Of a DNA stretch of 64,000 bases, positions 25,445 through 37,369 are shown one piece after another. The notes under the pieces were generated by a model. The model was not told the origin of the DNA. It saw nothing but the letters and a program-made list of their open reading frames with translations, and did not search any database. The translations under genes and the position numbers were made by a program. The stretch's first letter is position 1. Each line of letters begins with the position of its first letter. Source of the stretch: Octopus sinensis (taxonomy: Eukaryota); NCBI RefSeq assembly GCF_006345805.1, contig NC_043013.1, forward strand, positions 1,984,001 to 2,048,000. The letters are read 5' to 3'.

Positions 25445-25514
<70 letters not shown>

Positions 25515-26459
25515 TTATTCATCCTTCTCTCTTCTGTCTATTGATAAACAAAGGCGGAAGACGGAGGCATGTGCTAGAAATAACAGCTATATCTCTTAAA
25601 TCGATGAATTTCGTCGCCCAATAAAAATATTAACGATATTTTTTGAATATTTTCTTTATTTTTTTTTACCGAAAAGGCTTCTCCCATGGTTTTGAAGGGC
25701 CAGAAACAACAAAAACAAAACAATAATATGCCCAAATCGGTCTAGAGGGTGCGCGTGGAGTGTGGGTCGTATTGTAAAAATTTGCGAAATATTTTTTCAT
25801 AAAAGGATGCCCCAGCTTGTCGGAGGCTGTGATATAAATTTAGAAAAAAATCCTCGACACCAGTGCGTAATTGGTACTTAATTTATCGACCCCGAAACGA
25901 TGAAACATTGCCCCCCCCCCTTCTGGTTTATTTACCTTTTGTGTAAATTTGTTGCGGCAAAACACAGAGGGGACAAAGCATGAGATACAAAAGTATTAAG
26001 TCGATTCTATCGACACCAGTGCGAACCCACGAACGTGTATGTATGCTTGTGTGCGTATGTGTGTGTATGTATATCTCCGTTTGTATGTGTGTGTACGCGT
26101 ATATATTAATTACTATGTGCTTGTGCAAATGTATATGCATGTGTTTGAGAGAGTGACAGAGAGTGTGTGTGTGTGCAAGTGTACGTGTGTATGTATCTGA
26201 ATATATGTGTGTGTGTGTGTGTGTGTGTGTATGCTATGTTTATTTATCAATATCGATAACGCAGCAACTGATTTGAGCTCAAATGCTGGCATTTCATTGG
26301 TTAAAATTCGAAGAATTAAACTACATTAAACTTACAAATTACAATTTTGTTTTCAATTTTGTTTACAATAATGTTTTCTTTTGACACATTCTACCAGTAT
26401 ACGAAGTTTCAAATTGTTTAGTTAACTAGAAAATTCCGTCCATCAAAAGGAAAAGATCC
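25210..26459. mobile_element. Fold-back / long-TIR non-autonomous DNA element inserted into a SINE B
   Basis: ~200-bp near-identical inverted arms (25210-25410 and 26255-26459) with GGATCTTTTCC...GGAAAAGATCC termini. SINE B sequence resumes immediately after 26459. Confidence 0.85.
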
Positions 26460-27714
26460 ATTCCCCCCACCCATCGCTTGAAACTGATGTTGGTGTGTTT
26501 ACATCCACGTTATCTAGCGGTTCGGCAAAAAGACCGATAGAATAAATACTAGGCTTACAAAGAATAAGTCCTGAGATCGATTTGTTCGACTAAAGGCGGT
26601 GCTCCAGCATGGCTGCAGTCAAATGACTGAAACAAATAAAAGGATAAAAGAATAAAAGACGTTCCAGCCACGACTGTCCAGTCTTTTGTTTAAACACAAT
26701 GATTCCAATTATATATGAGAGGGGTTTGAGAGATATTGCTGCTATCTCTAGCAGGTCGTACGACTTGGTGGAGACTAGATAATGGTTTAGCGGTGGTATG
26801 TTGCATGGGTGATGTTGTGGTGATGATGCCGGGACAATTCCATCATGTGGCGATAAACTAAAGATACAACTATTTCCCTTTAATTCCGTGTTTACCAATC
26901 ACGGAACAGGAAATAAAATCAAAAGGAGTTGATTGAATTAATTCGTTTATAAATGAACAGAAAAAAAGGAAAACAATATTCTGTCTTTAGTTGTAAATAC
27001 TGCTAATGACCAGAATTGGACTGGCGTAGGTTATTAATGAATCCAGCTGGCGCCTCTGTATAGAGTTTTGACTTGTACTGGCGACTCTGAATGTTCTGAG
27101 GTTAGACAATAGCTGGGAATAAATCACTCCTTATTTCAAAGCATAGATATCACGGACGACAGAGTCGTTCATTCGGGACGGTGAGATTTGGCAGATTGTT
27201 TCACCTCAGCAGGAGGTTCAGATTTTTTTGTAAGTGCTAAAAGCACTTTGTTTACACACACACACACATGACCGCACGCGCGTGCGTATCTGTGTGCATG
27301 TGCGTGCGGTATAGTGTGTTTATTAATATCATTCTATCTATCTATCTATCTATACACGCGCACACACACACACATACATACACATATGTGTATCTGTATG
27401 TGCATGTCGCACGACTGTGTGCGTGTATATCGATATCTATGTGTCTATTTGTCTGTCTATACACACACGCACGCACATGCGCGCACACACACACACACAC
27501 ACACGCATCGATTTGTCTCTTGACAGGTACCGATGCGTTTACTTCATCTCCATCCATCTACCTACCAATCTAATTTTATCCATCCGATTTTTTAAAATCT
27601 GAAAACCTTTAATCTGTTATTCCTGCGTTCTTCAAAAACCAAAAAAAAAACAAACCAAAAAACCTTTTACATCTCCCCGACCTACTTTTTTTATTTTATT
27701 CGTTTATTCTTTTA

Positions 27715-28345
27715 TTCTTTTACTTGTTTCAGCCATTTGACTGTGGCCATGCTGGAGCACCGCCTTTAGTCGAACAAATCAACCCCGGGACTTATTCTTT
27801 CTAAGCCTAGTACTTATTCTATCGGTCTCTTTTGCCGAATTCCTATCTTACGGGGACGTAAACACACCAACATCGGTTGTCAAACGATGGTGGGGAGACA
27901 AACACAGACACAAATACATACACACATACATATATATATACGACGGGCTTCTTTCAGTTTCCGTCTATCAAATCCACTTACAAGGCTTTGGTCGGCCCGT
28001 GGTTATAGTAGAAGACACTTGCCCAAGGTGCCACGCTGTGGGACTGAACCCGGAACCATGTGGTTGGTAAGCAATCTACTTACCACACAGCCACTCCTCA
28101 CAAAATTAAGCCCCTTCCTGCTCTGTTTCTTTTTATTGTATTTTATAATCTTTTATTCTTTTACTTGTTTCAGTCATTTAACTGCGACCATGCTGGAGCA
28201 CAGCCTTTCGTCGAGCAAATCGACCCCAGGATTTATTCTTTGTAAGCCTAGCACTTATTCTAGCGGTCCTTTTTGCCGAACCTCTAGAATAAGAGGACGT
28301 AAACACACTAACATCGGTTGTCAAACGATGGTGGGGGTAAGGGGA
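27715..28345 (-). mobile_element. Two tandem SINE family B copies
   Basis: Full copy at 27715-28100 and a 3' half at 28150-28345. Confidence 0.85.
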
Positions 28346-28354
28346 CAAGCACAC

Positions 28355-28408
<54 letters not shown>

Positions 28409-28684
28409 TCTCTCTCTCTCATTCACACATGAACACACACACACACACACTCAACAATGTATTTTGGTTGCTCTTACCAAATCCACCCGGTGACCTTTCC
28501 TCCAATAAGCACACACACACATACACACACGCACACAAAAGCCCCTTCCCGAGTCATATAGGGTCATAAGGCTGGTTTCCCAGATTCTGTGACGAAGAAT
28601 TTCTAAGAAATTTCAAAACAATGTATTTTGGTTACTCTTTTCAAACCCACCCGGTGACCTTTCTTCCAAGAAACACACACACAC

Positions 28685-28716
<32 letters not shown>

Positions 28717-28726
28717 GCACACACAC

Positions 28727-28758
<32 letters not shown>

Positions 28759-28769
28759 GCATATGCCCC

Positions 28770-29020
28770 TTCCCGGGTCATAATAAGGTCACAAGGCCGG
28801 TTTCCCGGATTCTGTGGCGCATATATCCCCCCACCACCACCGCAAACGGAACGCCCGGTCCGTTGCAGGATGATTCATTTTTGCCAGCTGAGTGGACTGG
28901 TGTAGTGTGAAGTGAAGTGTTTTGCTCAAGAACACAATGCATCACCCAGTATTAGAATCGAAACCTCAGTCTTGCCAATCACAAGTCCAACACCCTGACC
29001 ACTAAGCCACATGCCTCCGC
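28770..29020 (-). mobile_element. SINE family C
   Basis: TTTTTGCCAGCTGAGTGGACTG...AAGTGTTTTGCTCAAGAACACAA...CCCTGACCACTAAGCCAC. Confidence 0.75.
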
Positions 29021-29474
29021 CTTACCTGCCACGCTCCAATTAATCTCTTACCTTTTACTTGTTTCGGTTATAGGACTGCGACAATGCTGGAGCAACGCCG
29101 TGAAGGGTTTTAGTCGAACGAATCGACCCCAGTAATTATTATTGTTTTGAGCCTGGAACGTATTCTGTCGATGTCTTTTGCTGAGCCGCTAAGTTACGGA
29201 GGAGCAAACACGCTAGCAACAATTGTCAAGTGGTGCTAGGGACAAACTCAAACATATAGTTATGAGGAAACAAAATCAAGTGGGGGCACACTTGTGTAGG
29301 TATGCCGTTATTTTATGACTGAGAAATTATATCAATGAAAATTTTTATGCTTGGGTTTATTGTATGGATGAGGATTAATGAGTTGAATTTGTAATACATA
29401 CATACATACATACATACATACATACATACATACATACATACATACATACATACATACATACATACATACATCCT

Positions 29475-31251
29475 CCCTCCACTTCTGCACTATCTCTGAC
29501 ACCTTTGTCTCCTTTCTTGACATTTCGGTTAGTATTCATCACGCCACTCTCACCACCTCCATCCACTACAAACACACAGACTCACACTCATACCTCAACT
29601 TCTCCTCCTCCTCTCACCCTAAACACACCAAGCTTTCCATCCCCTATTACCAATTCCTCCGTCTACGCAGGCTTTGTAGTGACGGACATGACTTTGAAAC
29701 TCAGTCTCAACTCATGGCTCGCCACTTCATCCTGCATGGATATCCCCTTACCACTATCCACACCGCCCTTGCCAGAGCACTTCCATGAACCGTACATCTG
29801 CTCTCTCTCCCCGAACCCGCCCCGCCGTCTCCTGCCTCCTATTTCTCCTCACCTACCACCCCAACACCCTACCTCTCTAACGCACCATTCTCCGAGCCTT
29901 CCGGCGACTCCAGTCCGACCCCTTCACTTTGCACATTTTCCCTAATGGACACCTCCCTTCCTTCAAACGAGCCCACAACCTCATGAGACCTCTTGGTCCA
30001 CAGCTTCTTCCCTAACTCAACCTCCCAACTCCGCTCGTTTCCCTGCTCCCGCCCACGCTGCCGCACTTACCACTTCAACACCACCCTCCTTACAGGCATC
30101 CATCATCGACCCTATCACATCACCGACTCCTTCACCTGCACTTCTACCAATATCATCTACTGCATCTCCTGCTTTCTCTGCCCTTCTATATACATCGGGC
30201 AAACGGGACACCGCTTAGCTGACTGGTTCGCGGAACACCTCCGAGATATCCGACTCGGCAATGACACACCCCGGTCTCGCACCATTTCCACTCTACCGAT
30301 CACTCTTTACAACACCTGTCCGTGTTCGGATTGTCCCAGGGGCCATCCGGACTCCTGTTTGCAGGGATTAATCTTCTCTCTTAATCAGGGATTAGTTTTC
30401 TCTGTGAACAGGGATTAATCTTCTCCCTTCACTCCTTTGCGCCACATGGGCTCAACTCTCCTCCCCTCTTCATCTAACCTCCTCCCCTCGTCTCTCTCCC
30501 CTCACACACTACTTCCTCCCATCCACCTCTCTTCTCTTGCTCCGACTCCTACTTCTTCTCTTCACTCCTACTCTCCTTCTCTCTTCTCTTCACTCCTACC
30601 CACCTTCTCTTTCCCCTTCATTGTCACCCCTCCCTCGTAAGTCCACCCCATCCCTACACATTCCAACCCCACCTTCCCTATCCTTCCCATCCCACCCACC
30701 CCATCCCTTACAAACACTCCCACCCTCAGCTTAACCCACACACCACCCGTGCTTTCCCCACTCTCGCCTCTCCCACCTCCCAATACCATCACACCACACC
30801 ACACACCACTACACCATACACCACCATACCACACAACACATCACATCACAACATACCACCCCGTACACACCAGCACTGACCACTTCCCAACCCCACATTT
30901 TCATACCTACACATACACACACGCACGCGTCAAGATCACCAGCCCTCTTCTACACGCACATACAAACTCTTTTATACACACGCACGCGCACCTTCGTTTT
31001 GGGATCACCGCTACTTTATTGTCTCCCCTTCTTTCTAGCTCTCCTGTGTGACCCTCCTGTCAGGCATTCTCCATGATAGATCGCTAGCCACTACACATTC
31101 TTTGTTTTCTCTCCTTGTTTCTTTCTGTGTTCCTTTCTCTGGTAGAGCGTAGGCTCGAAACGTTAAAGACTTTTTCACTTCCCGAGCGTTATACTAATAC
31201 ATCTATTTGTTGTCTACATTACCTGTCTTCGTCTTTTTTTTTGTGAATTCT

Positions 31252-31255
<4 letters not shown>
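29475..31255 (+). mobile_element. 5'-truncated, frameshifted Penelope-like element (RT thumb, Cys-rich linker, GIY-YIG, tail)
   Basis: FVSFLDISV...HYKHTDSHSYLNFSSSHPKHTKLSIP; PCSRPRC; FTCTSTNIIYCISCFLCPSIYIGQTGHRLADWFAEHLRDI. The tail contains a decayed hammerhead motif at ~31133-31168. Confidence 0.9.
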
Positions 31256-31285
<30 letters not shown>

Positions 31286-31287
<2 letters not shown>

Positions 31288-31676
31288 TTAAAGGAGAATC
31301 TGGATAAACTAGGATTTTCAGAAAGAGAATCGACCGGCTGATTCATACATTACAAGTGCAATCTGTGAGTGGAACAGTAAAAATATGTAAGACATTTCTC
31401 AAGTTCCAAATATGAATTTGTGTTAATGACATCCCAAAGATGGAGCCTTGTAACTTTGTTGGAAACTGGCTCCTTTCTCAGTGGAAGATTTATAATAATT
31501 AGAAAGTAGAAGAGACATACATACATACATACATACATACATACATACATACATACATACATACATACATACATGTTGATGTTGAAATTCCGATGAAGGA
31601 GCCTTGGATCTAGGTTAGAAACCGGTTCTTTCACTATTGGCAAGAAATCTTGAAATAAACTGAATAATGACATACA

Positions 31677-31680
<4 letters not shown>
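31286..31680 (+). mobile_element. 3' ends of R4/Dong-like (RLE-type) LINEs with (TACA)n tails
   Basis: KENLDKLGFSERE...LQVQSVSGTVKICKTFLKFQI* matches the C-terminus at 49929-50138. A second short 3' UTR module follows the (TACA)n. Confidence 0.75.
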
Positions 31681-31716
<36 letters not shown>

Positions 31717-32786
31717 TGAAAACCTGGTGTTTATGTTGTGATTCTTTATGTCTTTTAACATAGTGGTTCGATAAATAGAGATCGATAAAATAAGTCCCGG
31801 CCTGATATAAGTACCGAGGGCGATGTGAACAACTAAAACCCTTTGAATGCAGTGTGCTGTAGCAAGGCCGCAGTCCAATGAAAGAAACCAGATTCTAGAA
31901 AACGAGTAACATCAATGTATTTACCGAAATTGATTAACTCATCTGTATCTCCCACCGACCCAACCACCCGGTACATTTATGGCACGGCATTGTGCCAAAC
32001 GTATGGGGCATTGTGTCAATTCCGTGGCACTGCGCCAATTTGAGAGCGAGAAACTATTGATCTGGAAAGAAATTCGTAGATTTCAAAAGAAATCACTGAT
32101 TATTTCACTCTCTGACTCCATTGCTATTGTTGTTCAGCTGCAGATTAACCTTCATCGAACAGGATTCATCGATTATTGGACGCTTTCGAACTGTAACCGC
32201 ATCACCTTTCCGCTTTTAAGACGGTAGGGCCATGCTTTGAGGGAAATTTGGCTTCAAATTCTTGTACGTCGAGCGATCACGTAGGAGCTCTCTTGCCGAT
32301 TCTCAATCAAAATCCGTTGTATATTACTGGTACTGAATTTGTACTTTATGAAATGACAAATCATGAAAGTTTACCTCCATGCTGTATTTCTCGGCATCGA
32401 GCAAAATATTCCATTCTGTAAAAACAAATCTCAAAACTTTACCATTCATTAATTGAAGATTATATTTTCTATAAACCAGTTTTGAACCTAGAGAAAGATT
32501 GTTTACCCTAAACCTACCGTGCCTCCATAACTGTACAAGTAAAAGAATCAATCTATAATTGATCAACATACATATCGCTAAGCCATTAACGGCATACCTG
32601 TAGAAGTGTTCCCCTCCTGACTGTTTCCTCACAGCATACAGAAAATTTGATATCTTTTAATGAAATTTTCTACAAATACTTCAGATGGTGTAAATTCCGA
32701 TGATATCGGAATTTGCTGTGAAAAAAAAAAACCCCAACAAATTGTGTGAGTAGGGAGAAGAATTTCGGAGGATTCACAAAAGTCAG

Positions 32787-33123
32787 CTTTGTTTCCTCAT
32801 AACTTCCAGAAAAGTGGATAGTTTTTTATGAAATCTTCTGCAAATACCTTTTAGGCGGTGTCGATTATGATTATATTGGAATTTAATGTGAAAAAAAAAA
32901 TTATGAACTCGCATACGTACATACTGACACACATCAGATACCTACAAAACAAAACTTGAAATTTCGAAAAAATTGTGATGTGTGTTAGAATATATGTGTG
33001 CGTGCTCACCAATTTTCTTTCCACATCAAATTTTGATTTAATCGTAATTTCCACACTTTGAAAGGTATTTGTAGAAAATTTCATTAAAGAATACTCATTT
33101 TCTAAAGTTATGAGGAAACAAAG
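32787..33123. repeat. Inverted repeat (~65-bp arms), probable MITE
   Basis: CTTTGTTTCCTCATAACTT...AAATACCTTT pairs with AAAGGTATTT...AAGTTATGAGGAAACAAAG. A related motif occurs at ~29258-29310. Confidence 0.6.
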
Positions 33124-33399
33124 TCAGTGGGGGCGGGGACACGCTTGTATTGTTATGTTCCGTTAACAACATTTCCTTTCAAAACACTCTAGTGCTGTGT
33201 GGGGACCGGCATGCGAAAGAATAGGCTCAATGTTTCCTTTGTGTGTTGTAAAAGGCGACTAAAAGGGGTTGAGGTGGAGTTTGCTCTCCGACTTCGTAAA
33301 ACCCTCACTGGCAAACAGACTCCCCAAACAGAGCCATGAGTTGGAGGGTTGTTGCCCAAGTGGTGCAAAGGGGTCATCTGCCAGGGGTAAGGGAATCAC

Positions 33400-33471
33400 C
33401 AACACGTGGTCTAGTGGTTAGGATTCCGCACTCTCACCGCGGCGGCCGGGGTTCAATTCCCCGCTTGGCAA
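33400..33471 (+). pseudogene. tRNA-Glu(CTC)-like sequence, probably a pseudogene
   Basis: TGGTCTAGTGGTTAGGATT-CCGCA-CTCTCAC-CGCGG-CGGC-CGGGG-TTCAATT-CCCCG. D, anticodon and T arms are recognisable; the acceptor stem does not pair properly. A T6 run follows. Confidence 0.65.
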
Positions 33472-33569
33472 AGATTTTTTAAAGGCGGTGTTCTAGCATG
33501 GTCGCAGCCATACGACTGAAACAAATAAAAGAATAAGAGAATAAAACGATGGAAGCATCGACGCGCGGT

Positions 33570-33619
33570 TGCTGCTGCTGCTGCTGCTGCTGCTGCTACT
33601 GCTACTACTGCTACTACTG

Positions 33620-33655
<36 letters not shown>
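33570..33655. repeat. Compound (GCT)n-(ACT)n microsatellite
   Basis: Seen directly. Confidence 0.95.
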
Positions 33656-33993
33656 GAAGTTGGATCTCGTATAGTCGCTGATTCTAAACTTCTTTCTTTT
33701 TTCCTCTGGCCGTTTGTCTGCTGCTTGTGGCCATGATTCCAGTTGGTTGGTTCACTACCTGATGTCAGCTCTCTCTGTGACTAACTGGTTTTTGCTTGGG
33801 GGTTCTTGTTCTTATGGCTATCCAGAATGATAGATATATCGTTGAGGACAATGGATTTAGTTGGTGGTGCTTGTTACCTTAAATTCTAGCTGTTGGTGAA
33901 GTAGAAGAGGTGAGAAGGGTCAAGTGTCGAACTGTTACTTGAAATTTGGCTATGGTGGATCGAATCCACTTCATGCCTACAAGATCCACTACA

Positions 33994-34024
<31 letters not shown>

Positions 34025-34102
34025 ATAAGTATATGTGTATATGTGCATGTATGTATGTGTCTATACATGGATATTTGTGTACACATGCATATACAGTACT
34101 TA

Positions 34103-34484
34103 CCAAACTTGGGCACCAAACTGTTAATCTGGTAATCCTTAATTAACGAAGTAAACATTTTCGTTATCGATTTAACCCATAAGTTAACTTTGAAAATCAT
34201 TATCGGACTAATTAATTTCCGTTATATTTAACTTCCGTTAACTCGAGTCAACTTGAGTTAATTTCCGTTAACTTCAATTCAACTGAAGTTAACGGATTTT
34301 ATAGTTTTGGCACTTTTAAAAGATGTTTTTCGGTGGTTTTAGCGCAAAAACTAGTTTTTGTTTTTTTTAATAATAATAAAAATTAACGCTAACGGTTAAT
34401 CGATAACTTCCGTTACACTTTAAAAGAATTATCTGGTTCACGGCTATCGAAGTTAACTTTTCGATTAACGGTGCCCACCTTTGG
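34103..34484. mobile_element. MITE with short TIRs and many internal GTTAAC palindromes
   Basis: TA|CCAAACTTGGGCACC...GTTAATC pairs with GATTAACGGTGCCCACCTTTGG|TA. Confidence 0.6.
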
Positions 34485-34543
34485 TACATACATACACAAA
34501 TATGCATACATACGCACACAAACTTATAAAACATACACATAAT

Positions 34544-36381
34544 GTTAGTTAGTTAGTTAGTTAGTTAATTTGGCTCAAAAGCAAATAGCAAGGCCATGTA
34601 GGGGGACATGGAGTTAAGTACAGGGTGGTGTTCATGTAAAGAGTTCAGGCCACTTGAGGTCCAGGGAGGCTTTGAACAAAGCGGTCGTCGGCATCTTCAC
34701 CATATCGTCTGGCAGCTTGTTCCACGGATCCGCAACCCGGACGGAGAAAGCTCCTCTCCTTCGATTGAGATGAAATCGTCGCAGGTAGAGCTTTTCGGAA
34801 TGACCCCGCAGCCGACGCTCCGGAGCAGGAGTGAAGAACAGCTCTTTCGAGAGGTTACACTTCCCGCTTATGATGTTGTGGGCGAGAATGAGATCACCAC
34901 GGCGGCGGCGTTTTTCAAGAGAATAAAGGTCGAGCGTCCTCAGCCTTTCTTCGTAGGACAAATTTTTGAGACCATGAACCATGCGGGTAGCCAGCCTCTG
35001 GACTCTTTCGAGGTGCTGTATGTCTTTGAGGAAATAAGGAGAAGAGGCTTGAATCCCATACTCCAATATGGGTCTCACCAGCGTGACATAGAGTGGCAGG
35101 AATATGGCTGCTGTGAGCATTCCGAATGACCGTCGAATCAAAAACAGAATTCCGCGCGCTTTGTTGGCAGCATGGACGCACTGGGCCGAAGGCGAAAAGG
35201 AGGAATCCACCAAGATACCCAGGTCCTTTACCTGATCGGTCCTCTTCAGCAGCAGACGACCCGGCTCGAAATCAAGTTGAGTTGCAGGAGTAGAGCCGAC
35301 AGGCAGATGACAGCACTTTGACACGTTCAGACACAGGTCCCAATCGTTAGACCACTTCCAAATTTGGTGGAGGCATCGACGAAGATCCTCTATACTACCG
35401 CGAGGAGCGACCAGTTTGATATCGTCGGCAAATAGAAGGGTGTGTTGCGTGAGGTCGTCGGGCAAGTCATTTATGAAGACTAAGAACAACAAGGGCCCAA
35501 GCACTGAACCTTGAGGCACGCCACTGCTCGCACTGGAGACGTCGGACCGCGAACCATTAACTTGAACTTGGAAGGAGCGATCTAAGAGGAAGGCACCAAC
35601 CCATCGTACAATATCCGGATGGAAACTATATGCTTGAAGCTTGACAAGTAGTAGGCGGTGGTTTACCGAGTCAAAAGCTTTGGCAAAGTCCAATAAAACG
35701 ATGTCAACAGCATCACTATCATCGAGGATGCGCGTCACCAATTCTTCCATTACTAGTAAGTTGGACAAGCATGATCTCTTCGGCACGAAGCCGTGTTGGG
35801 AATCAGTGATCGAGGCTGTGTTTAGGAGGTGGAGCATCATACTTTTCTTAAGGATGGTTTCGAACATCTTGCTGATTATTGATGTAAGGGAAACCGGTCG
35901 GTAGTTAAGCGGGTCTTCGCGGCTCCCTTTCTTGAAAATTGGGCAGATTATCGCTGTTCTCCAGTCTGCAGGTATAACACCCGTCGCCAATGACATATTG
36001 AATAGTCGTGTTAAGGGCTCGCAGATGACCGGAGCCAACGCTTTGATAACCCGTGGGTGTATGCCGTCAGGGCCGTGACCCTTGTTGACATCGAGGCCTT
36101 GAATAACACGTTTGACTTCGTCCCGCGTGATGATCAATCGAAGCATTGGAGGTACCGATCTATCAAATGGAGGGGGTTCACGACCATCATCTTGTTTGAA
36201 AATAGTTGAAAAAGCCTCGGCAAATAATTGACTCTGTTGATAAGGGTCCTCAATCGATACGCCTGTTGAGTCTACCAACGTTGCAATCTGGTTGTTCAAG
36301 CGGGAATTCCGCTGGACATGGGCAAAGAAGGTTTTTGGATTGCTACTGGCATTTGCCGCGATTTTGTATTCATAACTGAAT
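34544..36381 (-). mobile_element. Young 5'-truncated CR1-clade LINE with uninterrupted RT ORF (34632-36434 in the track) and (CTAA)n tail
   Basis: GPDGIHPRV, NYRPVSLTS, QHGFVPKRSCLSNLL, DFAKAFDSV, GVPQGSVLGPLLF, LFADDIKL, LERVQRLATR. Possible 7-bp TSD ACATAAT at 34537-34543 and 36382-36388. Confidence 0.95.
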
Positions 36382-36389
36382 ACATAATA

Positions 36390-36590
36390 TAGTGAGAAAA
36401 AACAAAAGACGAAGCTGGGGTGTGTAAACAACAAACGGATGTATTAGTTTAACGCTCGGGAAGTGAGAAAGTCTTTTACGTTTCGAGCCTACGCTCTTCG
36501 ACAGAAAGGAACACAGAAATAAACAGGGACAGAAAAAGAAAAAGGTTTAGTGGCTAGCGATCAATCACGGCGAGTGCCGGACAAGTAATT
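36390..36590 (-). mobile_element. Isolated PLE tail (pLTR-like) module
   Basis: Reverse complement of the tail at 31060-31250. A third copy lies at 51720-51830. Confidence 0.8.
36473..36508 (-). ncRNA. Minimal type I hammerhead-like motif with a non-canonical core (CUGUCGA)
   Basis: Minus strand: CTTT-CTGTCGA-A-GAGC-GTAG-GCTC-GAA-ACGT-A-AAAG. Stems I and II pair perfectly; ACGT is palindromic. Confidence 0.55.
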
Positions 36591-36959
36591 CAGCTGAAAA
36601 AAATTAAAGAAATAAGAAATATATACGGGAATTACCTAAGAAAGACTCACTTTTTAGGAGCGACTCTCAAAAGAATGTCATGACATTTTATAATACATTT
36701 TATAAAACTGTTGTGTCAGTTCAAATAAGTTTAAGATTTTCCCATACTTTCAGTTGTTATCGCCATGTTTATTGTGTAACACTGCCACCATTTTGTTGGG
36801 AATGCACCGGGTGACACCAAACAGACTGGCGACAGAATGTTTGTATCTCATTAATATCTCGACACTGCAATTATAATAAAAAAAATGTCATTGTGTATAC
36901 CGTAAGTATCCCCTCCCCTCAAATTTGCTGGCTTGGAGTCAAAATTTGAAGCAATTATT

Positions 36960-37000
<41 letters not shown>

Positions 37001-37369
37001 TGTGTGTGTGTGTGTGTGGCCGACACATATAGCAGCTGATTGTTCACCAAATTATTTATAATTATTTTGGTTAAAATCCAGAAACAGTAAGGAAACCATG
37101 ACTCTTGTTATATATATATAATGTATTGAGTATTAAAGGAAGTAGTGAGTACTTAGTATGAAAGATTAAGAAAATGAGAGAGACTGAAACAACGTGTTAA
37201 CGATACGAGATACTTTATTAGACTGCCGTTGTTGTACAAGGTATTTGTTGTGGCGGGAAACTTACTGAATGTCCTTGTATCAAGGGAGACAATGGGCAAC
37301 GTGATTGTTCATGTTTGTTGTGATGATTACATAACAATGACAGGATAGTCGTGTCTAGTCTAAAATATG

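Noticed and set aside
31586-31635. CCGATGA...GAAACCGGT resembling a hammerhead
   Set aside because: The G10.1-C11.1 closing pair is absent and stem I is not adjacent. It is simply the R4-like 3' UTR.
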